From Cecembia sp. (GTDB lineage: Bacteria; Bacteroidota; Bacteroidia; Cytophagales; Cyclobacteriaceae), in NCBI RefSeq assembly GCF_007126775.1, contig NZ_SLAP01000103.1:7322-71321 (forward strand): 64,000 nucleotides of DNA, read 5' to 3'. Both the position numbers and the translations under genes were made by a program. Position 1 is the first letter of the stretch. Each line of letters begins with the position of its first letter. The notes under the pieces are model-generated. The model was given only the letters and a program-made list of their open reading frames with translations, was not told the DNA's origin and did not search any database. This document shows positions 10,569 to 20,584 of the stretch, piece after piece.

Positions 10569-12169
10569 TCCATTACCTGAAGTAAAGCTACCTTAAAATT
10601 TAAATTCCCATCTTTGTCAGGATATGAAATTATGATTTCAAAATCTCCGGAGATACTGGAAGCTTTAATAGAAAATGCGTTTTTCAGTTGTTCTGTTGAC
10701 CAAAATAGGCTGCTTCTAAAGTCTGGGTAATTGGCTTCATCAAGGTGGGGATTAAAATGAGGTGTTTTCAGTTTCCATTTCGGCATCAATTCCCAGTAAT
10801 TCAGATATAGTGAATTGATCGGTAATTCAATTTTTCCAAAGTCGTTATCGAAAGAAGTCAAACTCAATACACCAGAAAATTTATCTTGATTGAAGGAAAA
10901 TTCTCTGTTCAGGACTTCCAGCTTTTGGATACCTTTTGGGTCAAAATTAGCCAACTTCTCAGTGTCAAAGACTGGCATTGCATCAATCAAAATCAGCGGG
11001 TTGTCCTGGAAAAGTGCATTTAATGGTGCATTGATTAATTTAAATATGGTGGTTCGGGATTGTTTTCTGACCAATACTTCAGGAACGTATTCTCTCAAGG
11101 TGGTTTCAAGATTTTCAAAACGGGTAAAGTCATCCAAATAATAAGTTCTGTCAGCTACAAAACCCGTAACGATTGGAGAAGCAAAGAATGATTCTGAAGG
11201 ATAAAAATGAGGGATAAGTTGTGCTGAAAGTAATATTTTCTCCAAAAATTCCCTATCCTTTTCATTCAATTCTAAAGGAGGGAAATTAAAATCTTCTTCA
11301 AATAGAAATGGCAAAAATGGCGATTGGGGTTCAAAATTGAGTTGTTTTTCGTGTTGGTATGACTGCGCAATCAAGAAATCGTATGCTTTTAATGGCCCTA
11401 AGTCAAAAAAAAGATTGCCTCCTTTATCCGGTTTTGCAGCGTGAAGTACGGATTGTTTTCCATGCGCAGATAAGAAAAATGTTTCTGCGGTATCAATTTG
11501 AGCAGCAAGATTTTTGCCATGTACTATATGCCCGAATAGTTCTGGGATAATTTTCGGGTTTTTAAGAGGTTGGTATATTTCCTGGCCTATGCTTCCTTGA
11601 AGGTCAGGATTCAAGAAAGGGTTTTTGATTGAAACCGAGATATTGAAGGTGTCTTGGATAAAATCAAGTTGTATTGGGATTTCAGATTGTTTGTTTACCC
11701 GGCTTTTTTGATTCATAAAAACCCCGGGATTCTCAAATGTGTAATTTTTGAGGCTTGGGAAATTCTGAATTCTGCTAGGCCCTTTTTTGGGATTGATTAT
11801 TGTGATAAACTTGTTGAATACCCCTTTCCCATTCTGGCTAAAGATGGGGCTTGTTCTGGTGTAAAAACGAAGTAAATAATTGTCAGACTGAAGGGAGGAA
11901 GGTATTTTAATCGTTCCTTCAGCTTTTCCCTGTTCAAGTGGTATGATGGATTGGAAAACAGGAAGGTTTTTTCTATCAACCAATTCCACATAAGCCATTT
12001 TAGAGTGCCCTGGACTTCGATAACTATTGACTTGTAAGTAAAACCATATCTCATCACCAACTGCAGTAATATTTTTAGAAATATGGGCACAAACCTCCTC
12101 TTCAGCAATATTTTGACCGAAAGAACTAAAGTGGATAAAGAAAAAGAACAATATAATTTTCAACCGCAT
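10565..12169 (-). CDS. secreted hypothetical protein (MG2/Ig-like N-terminal pattern)
   Basis: ORF 10565..12184 trimmed to the ATG at 12169 (MRLKIILFFFFIHFSSFGQ signal). The N-terminal GDEIWFYLQV...YVELVDRKNLPV...SDNYLLRFYT resembles macroglobulin-type Ig folds. It is the last gene of a four-gene minus-strand operon. Confidence 0.5.
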   Translation of the reverse strand: MRLKIILFFFFIHFSSFGQNIAEEEVCAHISKNITAVGDEIWFYLQVNSYRSPGHSKMAYVELVDRKNLPVFQSIIPLEQGKAEGTIKIPSSLQSDNYLLRFYTRTSPIFSQNGKGVFNKFITIINPKKGPSRIQNFPSLKNYTFENPGVFMNQKSRVNKQSEIPIQLDFIQDTFNISVSIKNPFLNPDLQGSIGQEIYQPLKNPKIIPELFGHIVHGKNLAAQIDTAETFFLSAHGKQSVLHAAKPDKGGNLFFDLGPLKAYDFLIAQSYQHEKQLNFEPQSPFLPFLFEEDFNFPPLELNEKDREFLEKILLSAQLIPHFYPSESFFASPIVTGFVADRTYYLDDFTRFENLETTLREYVPEVLVRKQSRTTIFKLINAPLNALFQDNPLILIDAMPVFDTEKLANFDPKGIQKLEVLNREFSFNQDKFSGVLSLTSFDNDFGKIELPINSLYLNYWELMPKWKLKTPHFNPHLDEANYPDFRSSLFWSTEQLKNAFSIKASSISGDFEIIISYPDKDGNLNFKVALLQVMD

Positions 12170-12171
12170 GA

Positions 12172-13323
12172 TCAATCCTCCCAAAATTCAGGTCTGACAT
12201 TACTTCCTCTTAACCTGCAATCCGTACATGCTTGTTCTGCTGCCCTATACCCTAATAATGCCCCCATTTGATTAAAAATGTCTCTGGCAGGAATAAGATT
12301 ACCCGAGGCAAATGTTGAAGTTATAGTCGCTGGATTAGGTGGAATAGTATCGTTAAAAATATTACAAAATTCATATTCCTGAATAAACACAGGCCATGGG
12401 AATACATCGTTCAGGTCAATATATATTTCTTTAGTACTGGTCTTACCCATACTGATGTGTCCAATGGCGGGAGGCATCCCTTCAGAAAGGGCTTGAATAT
12501 TTCCAGTAATCAGTGAGGGAAGGGGGCTAAAAATACCGCCGATATCTTCTGAATTCCTTCTCAAAATATCCCAAAAATCAAATGCAGCCTGGTCTAAAGC
12601 CATTTGTTTGACCTGAATACGATAACGTTGGGTCAATTTTTCAGAAAAGTTGGGAATGCGTACCAATTCCCTTTGAAGTATGGTGTTATCCTCAAACCTG
12701 GCAGCATTTTGAAGGACAATGAAGGGATTGATATTTTTTTGCCAGCACCTGTCTATGCGCTCCTCTTCTGTCCTTCTTCTAATAGATCCATTATCATATA
12801 TTAAATTGGAAATTACGCCCGGGCGAAACACCCAATTCTCCTCAAAAGTCCACAGGAAATACTGGGAAGTTTCTGTACCCTTGGTGCTGATAAAGATTTC
12901 TACACCTTCTTCATCTCTGATATAATCCAGTACATCGATTTCAGGGGAAATAACAGGTTTCATAGCCTCAGAGATATAAGTTTCCCCATTTGGTAATTGG
13001 ATATGCAGGTAATATTCGCTGTTTTCAGGGAAGTTTCCTTCTAATGAATAAAGCCCATCCCCTTTCTCCTCAAATTCCCACCTATTATTCCCAGCATCAC
13101 TTAAGGCTACAAAGGCAGATAAAACAAGATTACCCGTATTTTCACTTTGAATAGGGCTGGTTTTGCTGAGTTTGATAATCGATTCCCCCTCTAATTCGAC
13201 ATATCCCTCTACCACCAAAATCTCTGTTGGCATATCCCCCAGCTCAGGTTCAAAAGGATCCTTACATGAGATAAGCAGCATGCTTAAGATCAGCGAATAG
13301 ATATAGGCTTGTCGGTTTGGCAT
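12172..13323 (-). CDS. DUF4249-like lipoprotein (partner of the upstream TonB-dependent receptor)
   Basis: 383 aa with a lipobox (LLISC). Sits immediately downstream of a CarboxypepD_reg-type TonB receptor, sharing one nucleotide with it at 13323, which is the canonical DUF4249 context in Bacteroidota. Confidence 0.6.
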   Translation of the reverse strand: MPNRQAYIYSLILSMLLISCKDPFEPELGDMPTEILVVEGYVELEGESIIKLSKTSPIQSENTGNLVLSAFVALSDAGNNRWEFEEKGDGLYSLEGNFPENSEYYLHIQLPNGETYISEAMKPVISPEIDVLDYIRDEEGVEIFISTKGTETSQYFLWTFEENWVFRPGVISNLIYDNGSIRRRTEEERIDRCWQKNINPFIVLQNAARFEDNTILQRELVRIPNFSEKLTQRYRIQVKQMALDQAAFDFWDILRRNSEDIGGIFSPLPSLITGNIQALSEGMPPAIGHISMGKTSTKEIYIDLNDVFPWPVFIQEYEFCNIFNDTIPPNPATITSTFASGNLIPARDIFNQMGALLGYRAAEQACTDCRLRGSNVRPEFWED

Positions 13324-16073
13324 TATATTTTAAAATTATACGTAATAAAAGGGATAGGTTGAGCAAAAATAGAAAGCTGATAGCCTTCTAAAACCCCATT
13401 AACAGGAGTGAAAAAGACTGAGTATGGATTTCTTCTTCCCAAAAGGTTGTACACCCCTAAAGACCAAGAGGAATGGGCAAGTTTTCTGACTTTATGGTTT
13501 CCTTCTATATTGACCGAGAGATCAATTCTGAAATAATCCGGGATCCTGTAGGCATTTCGGTCGGAGAAAAATACCCTTTCCGAACCTCCGTAATTGAATT
13601 TAGCTACCGGTAATGTAATGGGTCTGCCTGTGCTGTAGTTGGCGTTTAAGGAGGTGCTGAATCTTTTACTCCATTCATAATTACCTACAAGCACAGCATT
13701 GTGGGGCTGGTCAAAATTATTGGGATACCAGTCTCCGCCATTGATTTTTTCAGCAAGTTCATCTTTGGCGGTTCTCAATAAAGACCTCGAGTAAGTGTAA
13801 CTCAGCCAACCGTTCAATTTACCCACATTTTTCCTTAGTAAAATTTCTGCTCCGTAGGTTCTTCCTTCTGACCTGACCAATGCTTGTTCCACCGTACTAT
13901 TTAAAATAAGTGTACTCCCTGATCGAAAATCCAAAAGATTACTAAGTGATCTATGATAGGTTTCAATGGAGAGTTCGTATTTGTTCACTTTAAGGTTTCT
14001 ATAATATCCCAATGAAATCTGATCTCCCCATTGAGGCCTGATATTGTTATCACTGAGTTTCCAAATGTCTGTAGGAGCTATGGCGGCATTATTTGTGATT
14101 AAGTGGATGAATTGTCTGCCTGTATTGTATCCAGCTTTAATGGAAGAGATATTGTTGAGAATATAGCGTCCTGAAATACGAAATTCGGGCCCATGGTGAT
14201 TTTGGATAACTTCTCCCGGACCAAAAGACTGTTCCCTGACCAGGTTGGGAGCAGCGATTGGTTGTCCTGAAGCATAAGTCCTGCTATTGTTTGGACCTAA
14301 GAATTGATATAGCACATATCTGCCTCCATAACTGACACTCAGTTGATCATTGATTTCAAAATTATCGCCAATATAAATAGAGGTTTCCCTTGCCTGTTCC
14401 TGATTGACTTTTTCGGGCACTACGATGGATTCCAATCCTGAAGGCCTGATAAATCCAGGCTGAAGCTGATAGCTGATAGTATGAACACCAAAATTAAGAC
14501 TATGCCTGAAATCTAATTCGTATTTAAAGTTTGCTTTAATAAAATCCTGCTGGATATTGAATCCAAAATCATAGGCATTGGCAGCATTATCCCTTCCTTC
14601 AATTCCGAAACTATATTGATCACGGCCCAAAACCAGTTCTGCTTCGAATTTTTCATTGAAATAATGCGTCCAGCCTAGATTGAAATTAAGGTTTTCATAC
14701 CGGAAAGTGGTATCCCTATCGAATCTGAAATTATCGTTGCTTGTATAAGTATTGAAGCGGATAATATTTTTATTATTCAGTTGATGGGAAAGGTTTAAGT
14801 TGAGGTCATAAAAAGCAGCCCTGCCATTTTGAAAATCTGTATTTTCCTCCAATAAATTCAATAGCCAATCTGAATAGGTAGATCTGCCTGCTACCAGAAA
14901 TGTTGTTTTTTCTCCAATTGGACCTTCTACAGTTAGTCTACCAGTCAAAAGTCCGATACCACCTGAAACCTTTACTTTTTCACTGTTCCCATATTTGGCA
15001 TTGACATCTAATACTGAGGAAAGCCTCCCACCATATTGTACAGGAATTCCCGCCTTATAGAGTTCTACTGATTCGACCACATCTGGGTTAAATGCTGAAA
15101 ATAGCCCGAAAAGATGGGACGGATTATAAATTGTGGCATGATTGAAAAGAATCAGGTTTTGATCAGCTGCCCCTCCCCGCACATTGAACCCAACAGAGGC
15201 TTCTCCTACAGTCTGCACACCTGGTAAAGTTAAAATTGAACGGATTACATCCACCTCTCCCAAAATGGCTGGGATTCTCCGCATATCTGCTATGTCCAGT
15301 TTTTGTACCCCCATTTCAGGCCTCGCTATATTTGTCATACGGTCTGAACTGACAGTAACCTCCGATAATGAGATGATATTTTCCTCTATGGCGACATCCA
15401 GGATACCGTCGCCCAAAATACTTATTTGCCTTTGCTCGACAAATCCTCCCAGATTTTGAATAAAAAGAGTGTGCCTTCCTACAGGAAGTCGGATATCAAA
15501 AAAGCCTTCCTCATTGGTAATGGCCCTTCTGTATTCAGCCTTTTCAAAAACAACAGCCCCATAAACAGGGTCTCCAGTTTCCAGTCCGGTAATTTTACCT
15601 TTAAGGGAGGCTTCCTTTTGTGGGCCAGGATCACCAATCACATATAGTTTATTTCTTGAATAGGCCCTTTCAATATCATTTTGGCGTTGGAGACTGTCAT
15701 TCTCGCCTACTTTATCATTAGTGTTGAAAAAATATTCGGGAAGTCTTAGATCCAGTGCATTGTATTTGGTAATGAAAATCTGCTTTTGTCCATCGATGCT
15801 GTAGCGATACTCTGTTTGATCAAAAACAGCGTTCAATATCTGTTGTATAGAATTATCTTTTGCACTGATATTGACTTGAAAATTTTCCAATTCCGCTTTA
15901 GAAAAAAAGAACCTATAGGAACTCATGGATTCTATTTGCTGCGCAAACCGGACAAAAGAAATTCCTGGGAAAAGGCCGGATATGCTTTCGGTATCTTGGG
16001 CCTTTGATTCCTGAAAATTGGAAATAAGAAGAACAATAATGATAAGCAGGTGTATGGGCTTCATGATCTTCAT
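13323..16073 (-). CDS. TonB-dependent receptor with STN-like and carboxypeptidase-regulatory-like N-terminal domains
   Basis: 916 aa with a signal peptide. It has an STN-like segment (QVNISAKDNSIQQILNAVFDQTEYRYSIDG), a CarboxypepD_reg-like segment (LKGKITGLETGDPVYGAVVF), a plug region, and a beta-barrel ending in an aromatic residue (...ITYNFKI). Confidence 0.85.
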   Translation of the reverse strand: MKIMKPIHLLIIIVLLISNFQESKAQDTESISGLFPGISFVRFAQQIESMSSYRFFFSKAELENFQVNISAKDNSIQQILNAVFDQTEYRYSIDGQKQIFITKYNALDLRLPEYFFNTNDKVGENDSLQRQNDIERAYSRNKLYVIGDPGPQKEASLKGKITGLETGDPVYGAVVFEKAEYRRAITNEEGFFDIRLPVGRHTLFIQNLGGFVEQRQISILGDGILDVAIEENIISLSEVTVSSDRMTNIARPEMGVQKLDIADMRRIPAILGEVDVIRSILTLPGVQTVGEASVGFNVRGGAADQNLILFNHATIYNPSHLFGLFSAFNPDVVESVELYKAGIPVQYGGRLSSVLDVNAKYGNSEKVKVSGGIGLLTGRLTVEGPIGEKTTFLVAGRSTYSDWLLNLLEENTDFQNGRAAFYDLNLNLSHQLNNKNIIRFNTYTSNDNFRFDRDTTFRYENLNFNLGWTHYFNEKFEAELVLGRDQYSFGIEGRDNAANAYDFGFNIQQDFIKANFKYELDFRHSLNFGVHTISYQLQPGFIRPSGLESIVVPEKVNQEQARETSIYIGDNFEINDQLSVSYGGRYVLYQFLGPNNSRTYASGQPIAAPNLVREQSFGPGEVIQNHHGPEFRISGRYILNNISSIKAGYNTGRQFIHLITNNAAIAPTDIWKLSDNNIRPQWGDQISLGYYRNLKVNKYELSIETYHRSLSNLLDFRSGSTLILNSTVEQALVRSEGRTYGAEILLRKNVGKLNGWLSYTYSRSLLRTAKDELAEKINGGDWYPNNFDQPHNAVLVGNYEWSKRFSTSLNANYSTGRPITLPVAKFNYGGSERVFFSDRNAYRIPDYFRIDLSVNIEGNHKVRKLAHSSWSLGVYNLLGRRNPYSVFFTPVNGVLEGYQLSIFAQPIPFITYNFKI

Positions 16074-16074
16074 C

Positions 16075-16776
16075 TTACTGCTTATTATAAAGTGAAACCA
16101 AAAATGCCAAATAGCCTAATTTATCAGATCTAAAGTGTAGTTTGGGCCCTTTACTCATCCTTTTAACTTCTTTTTTATCCAGACCCAAAAACTCGATCGC
16201 TTGTTTTTTACTGGTAACCTGAATAATTCCACCTGGTTTTTGAATAAAATAGTCTTCAATTTCGTAAAACTCGTGACTGTATATTCCTACCTCTCTTTTT
16301 GATTTGGTCTGTTTGCGGTGTTTGATCAGTACATTGGCCTTTCCTTCAACATACAGTTCATAAATTCCATTGCCATGGTGATTGTATCTGGAGTTTTCAT
16401 GGACACGTATAAAGCAAACAGGTTTTTCCAATCCTAAAATAAATTGATCAACTTTATCGGCTCGGATCAGGATTTTTTGTTTGTGTACTGGTTGAAAAGT
16501 CAATACTTCATCTTTCCATATATTGTAGAGCAAAGGGACCTCCTTGTAGGTAAGTCCATTGACAGTGATTTCGCTTGTCTCAAAATTCTTGGTAAAAAAA
16601 TAGGGATGACCTTCATAGGTTTTTGGGGGATCTACAAAATAACCTCCACTTACGATCTCTTGGTCCAAAGGAATGTTTTCGCGGTATTTTTCTGTCAAAC
16701 CCTCATTCTTCTGGCCAAAAACAAGCGTACAAGGTAGTAGAAAGCCAAGTACAAGTGAAAAAAAATGATTTGCCAT
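16075..16776 (-). CDS. secreted hypothetical protein (first gene of the TonB-receptor operon)
   Basis: 233 aa with signal peptide MANHFFSLVLGFLLPCTLVFGQ. Its stop is 1 nt from the receptor start. No recognisable family and not FecR-like. Confidence 0.5.
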   Translation of the reverse strand: MANHFFSLVLGFLLPCTLVFGQKNEGLTEKYRENIPLDQEIVSGGYFVDPPKTYEGHPYFFTKNFETSEITVNGLTYKEVPLLYNIWKDEVLTFQPVHKQKILIRADKVDQFILGLEKPVCFIRVHENSRYNHHGNGIYELYVEGKANVLIKHRKQTKSKREVGIYSHEFYEIEDYFIQKPGGIIQVTSKKQAIEFLGLDKKEVKRMSKGPKLHFRSDKLGYLAFLVSLYNKQ

Positions 16777-16935
16777 AGATTTAAAATAGGTCTAAATTAT
16801 TCGTTGATAATTTAGTGAAAATATCAAGGCTGAGCTGTTGATTACCGAATAATTTTATAAATGGTTAAATGCAAACAGTTTAATCATTTAATTTTAAGAT
16901 CAATTGCAAATCAAACCTTTAAAAACCTATCATCT

Positions 16936-17865
16936 ATGATTTCCAGAAGAAATGTTATCAAATCCATCGGACTAGGCTCGGGACTTTTATTTTCCTCTAA
17001 TTTGATTCAGGCTTCCCCTAAAGTAACTGAGAGCGAATTCCGATATTGCCTCAATACCAGTACCATTATGGGTCAAAAGCCAGGTTTGAAAGGGTATTTA
17101 GAAATTGCTGCAAAGGCTGGCTACGATGGTGTTGAGCTATGGATTAGGGACTTGCAGGAATATATTGAAGCAGGGAATTCCGTAAATTCATTGAGGATGT
17201 TGATCCGAGATCATGGATTGACATTTGAGAATGCCATCGGTTTTGCACCTTGGATGGTGGATGATGCTTCAAAGAGAAAAGCAGGTTTTGAACAAATGGA
17301 AAGAGAGATGGGGCTTTTGGCGGATTTGGACTGTCACCGTGTGGCAGCACCAGCCTTTGGGGTAGATGCGCCTCTTGACCTCTTTCAAGCTGGTGAGCGC
17401 TATAAAAACTTGTTGGATCTGGGTAGGAAAATAGGAGTGATGCCCCAATTGGAATTTTGGGGAGCGTTTCCCCATTTTTATCATCTTGGGCAAGTGCTCA
17501 TGGTGGCGGCTGTAGCTGACGATAAAGATGCGCGGATTTTGCCGGATGTTTACCACCTCTTTAGAGGAGGATCCGGCTATGAGGGGCTTAAAATGCTCAG
17601 TGGGAATCTGATAGAAGTGTTTCATATGAATGACTTTGTGATGCATATTCCAAGAGAAGAACAACAAGACAAGGACCGGGTCTATCCTGGGGATGGCGGT
17701 GCACCTATGCAACAAATCATTGGGGACCTCAAGGCAATGGGTGGAAGGAAGGTGCTTTCTTTGGAGCTTTTCAATCCTGATTATTGGCAACAGGATGCCT
17801 TGACAGTGGCCAAAACAGGATTGGAGAAAATGAAATCTCTTGTAACAAATGTTGTTGGAACTTAA
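16936..17865 (+). CDS. sugar phosphate isomerase/epimerase (xylose isomerase-like TIM barrel) with Tat-type signal
   Basis: ORF trimmed to the ATG at 16936 (MISRRNVIKSIGLGSGLLFSS, twin-arginine-like). The body resembles the AP endonuclease 2/xylose isomerase-like TIM barrel family. Confidence 0.65.
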   Translation: MISRRNVIKSIGLGSGLLFSSNLIQASPKVTESEFRYCLNTSTIMGQKPGLKGYLEIAAKAGYDGVELWIRDLQEYIEAGNSVNSLRMLIRDHGLTFENAIGFAPWMVDDASKRKAGFEQMEREMGLLADLDCHRVAAPAFGVDAPLDLFQAGERYKNLLDLGRKIGVMPQLEFWGAFPHFYHLGQVLMVAAVADDKDARILPDVYHLFRGGSGYEGLKMLSGNLIEVFHMNDFVMHIPREEQQDKDRVYPGDGGAPMQQIIGDLKAMGGRKVLSLELFNPDYWQQDALTVAKTGLEKMKSLVTNVVGT

Positions 17866-19283
17866 TGGAAGATCCAGGTATATAGAGAAACAGTTAAAAA
17901 TGCCAGAATAGGTCCCAAAATGATCATCAAAAGGCCTCCTGGTCTGAAGCTTTTTTGTTCAACCATTCCAGTTGAAAAGGCAATAGCATTAGATGGTGTA
18001 GAAACTGGTAATAAAAGCGCAGACGAACAGCTGAGGGCTACAATCAAAGGTACGGCAATTCCCCAAAAACCTGGAAGCGTAATTCCCAAAGGAACCAGGA
18101 TGGCGGATGCGGCCGTATTACTCATAATATTGGAAATTAAGACAGCAATAATGGCAAAAACCATAGCTACTCCAATCAGTGGGATGGGCAGTTGGGATAT
18201 TTTTTCCATGATAATGTCCGTTAGGCCTACATCCACCATTGCAATGCCCAGTGCCAAACCACCTGCGACCAGCATCAAAGTATCCCAAGGTAATCGGCGT
18301 ACATCCTCGGATTTCATTACTTGAAATAAAGTAAGCAATACAATTGGGATAGCGGATGTCGCAGCAATAGGTATGCCATGGAGTGGTTCTGTCAACCACA
18401 TACTCACTGTTACAAAAAGGGTGAAAAGTACCGCATTCCTTTCAAAACCTTTTTTGCTTTTGGATGACCCTGTTATTTCAGATAAATCGAGTTTAATCCC
18501 ACTCAGCTGCAGTTTTTTGGTAAGGAATTTCCAGAAAAGGTAAACAGCTATTAAGGCAGTGGGCAATCCAAAAATCATCCAATCTATAAAAGTAAGGTTG
18601 ATGCCTTTCTCCTGCATTGCGCCAACGGCTATGGCATTGGGCGTACTTCCAATAATTGTCCCCATTCCCCCCAAAGTTGCAGCTGCTGGAATCCCTACCA
18701 ATAGTGCTTTTGTATATTCGGAATCTTTACCCATCATTCTTGCCAGTGGGAGAATAGAGGATATCATCATGGCTGTTGTAGCTGTATTGGACATGACCAT
18801 GCTCCCTACAGCTGTGGTCAGCATCAACCCCAAAAGTAATTGATTGGGGTCTTCTCCGAATTTTTTGATGGTAAAGCGGAAGAGGGACCTGTCCAAGGAT
18901 ACAATGCTCATTCCTTCGGCCAGAAAAAAACCACCCAATAAGAGCCAGATGACATTACTGGTCCAGGTTCCAAGATACATTTCAACGGGAGTTTTGTGGT
19001 CCTCAAGGATAAAATCTGTCCCGAAACCCATCAGTAACCCTGCAATAATAAATATACCAACGGCAAAGGGAGGTATAGATTCCGTAACCCATAAACCAAT
19101 GGCCAGCACACTTATGAAAAAGACATAATTCACATCATCTTCATAACCCAGGTTACGAAAAAAAGAAGTAATAAAAATCGCGAGAATAAAATTACCTGTG
19201 AATGTGGAGGTAGCCCAAATCCAGCCAAATTTCAGTTTCTTAAATAGACGAAAGGATGCCCGCCTGGAATCATTGTAAGCCAT
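17862..19283 (-). CDS. DASS/SLC13-family anion:sodium symporter
   Basis: 473-aa polytopic membrane protein. Repeated SNTA/SNAIA hairpin motifs (MSNTATTAMM, TPSNAIAF) are typical of divalent anion:Na+ symporters. Confidence 0.7.
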   Translation of the reverse strand: MAYNDSRRASFRLFKKLKFGWIWATSTFTGNFILAIFITSFFRNLGYEDDVNYVFFISVLAIGLWVTESIPPFAVGIFIIAGLLMGFGTDFILEDHKTPVEMYLGTWTSNVIWLLLGGFFLAEGMSIVSLDRSLFRFTIKKFGEDPNQLLLGLMLTTAVGSMVMSNTATTAMMISSILPLARMMGKDSEYTKALLVGIPAAATLGGMGTIIGSTPNAIAVGAMQEKGINLTFIDWMIFGLPTALIAVYLFWKFLTKKLQLSGIKLDLSEITGSSKSKKGFERNAVLFTLFVTVSMWLTEPLHGIPIAATSAIPIVLLTLFQVMKSEDVRRLPWDTLMLVAGGLALGIAMVDVGLTDIIMEKISQLPIPLIGVAMVFAIIAVLISNIMSNTAASAILVPLGITLPGFWGIAVPLIVALSCSSALLLPVSTPSNAIAFSTGMVEQKSFRPGGLLMIILGPILAFLTVSLYTWIFH

Positions 19284-19475
19284 AAAAAAGCATATTGATG
19301 AATTGCTTAGGTAAAATTAGTGATTTTATGATGCTGAGAAAATTGTTAATATTATTATTTGATCAATTTATAATATGATAACGAGAACTTATAAACAATA
19401 TCACTAGATGATTGCCCAAAAGGTTAAAAATTTAAAGGCAAACATCTGAAATACGGTTAATGTTCAAATGGATAT

Positions 19476-20096
19476 CTAAGCCTTTCTCTCTGATAAACTA
19501 GTTTTTATGTTCCCAATAATTTCCTTTGTATATCCAGCCCTTTCATTCAACCTTTTAAGTGAAAACGCCAAGACCAAATTGAAAAAGCCCAAAGAGAAAA
19601 AGGCAAATGCAGTAAAAACTACAATGGTCAATCCTCCCAAGCTGGGATTGAACAAGATCATGATAGCAAAAACTGTGGAAAGAAAACCGCTAAATACAAG
19701 CCATCCCCATCCTTTGTCTCCATACCTTCTCATATCATGTGCAAATCCAAAAGTGGCGAAACCTTTGAATAGAAAATAGAAGGCTACCATAAAGGGTAAG
19801 ACTGCCATGGTGATGGCTGGATAGAAGAATAAGATGGCTCCTATGATAAAATCAAACATAGCCCCTGCCAAATGCCAGCCCCAGTCATCAATTTCTTTTC
19901 TGTTGGCTATAGAAAATATCAAAGAGAAAATTCCAGATGCAAACATAAGGCTCGCAAAAATGATAGCCAGACTGATAAAGCTACTCTCAGGGGTACTCAG
20001 AGTCCAAGCTCCTGCTAAAATAAACAAGGTACCAATGACCAATAGTAACCACCAGTTTTTGATCATGAATTCACTTTTTTTTACTATCTGCTTCAT
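19476..20096 (-). CDS. HdeD/DUF308 family membrane protein
   Basis: 206 aa with six hydrophobic helices. The N-terminal IKNWWLLLVIGTLFILAGAW pattern is typical of DUF308. Confidence 0.6.
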   Translation of the reverse strand: MKQIVKKSEFMIKNWWLLLVIGTLFILAGAWTLSTPESSFISLAIIFASLMFASGIFSLIFSIANRKEIDDWGWHLAGAMFDFIIGAILFFYPAITMAVLPFMVAFYFLFKGFATFGFAHDMRRYGDKGWGWLVFSGFLSTVFAIMILFNPSLGGLTIVVFTAFAFFSLGFFNLVLAFSLKRLNERAGYTKEIIGNIKTSLSERKA

Positions 20097-20435
20097 GGGA
20101 AAAGAGTTAATGGTTTTTATTTCAATGTAGTTAATTTTCAGGAATAATTTTTTTTGCTTTGCTATAAATTTCTAAGGATGGGAAATAGTGGTTGCTTATT
20201 CCGAATTCCCATTAAATCAGAAATCATGCTAGGGTATAAGCAATTCTTCCTGCATGAGCTTAACTTGGTCTTTTTTTGGATGAGGGATTAATTACAAATC
20301 AGAAAGGAAGCGTTACTTTAAACCTATTACCAATTGGAAGGCCCTAATTGAAGGGAATATGCTAATTGTTTTCATTGCCGTGACTTCAGAAAAAAGCATC
20401 TCTTTTTGGGTAAATTTGTTTTTCAGACTTAACCC

Positions 20436-20470
20436 AAAAAAAGCTCCAACTATTTAAAGAAGGAGCTTTT
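20436..20470 (-). terminator. second copy of the tRNA-associated hairpin terminator
   Basis: Minus-strand stem AAAAGCTCC/GGAGCTTTT plus a T run. It is a paralogue of the hairpin at 20539-20575, with a compensatory double change in the stem (GATCC/GGATC versus GCTCC/GGAGC). Confidence 0.6.
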
Positions 20471-20475
20471 CTGTT

Positions 20476-20492
20476 TAAGTACCCAGGGCCGG
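20476..20492 (-). repeat. 17-nt exact duplicate of the tRNA-Leu 3' end (pseudo-att or tRNA remnant)
   Basis: TAAGTACCCAGGGCCGG occurs at 20476-20492 and again at 20581-20597, covering the discriminator, the acceptor 3' strand and part of the T stem. The sequence upstream of this copy does not fold as a tRNA. Confidence 0.8.
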
Positions 20493-20538
20493 GGTTCCCG
20501 ATAGTCATCGAGATAAACTTCTCCTCCGGCTTCAGGCA

Positions 20539-20575
20539 TAAAAAAAAGATCCAACTCATCTGAGAAGGATCTTTT
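20539..20575 (-). terminator. intrinsic terminator of tRNA-Leu
   Basis: Minus-strand stem AAAAGATCC/GGATCTTTT followed by a T8 run, about 10 nt after the tRNA 3' end. Confidence 0.75.
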
Positions 20576-20584
20576 CATGCTAAG

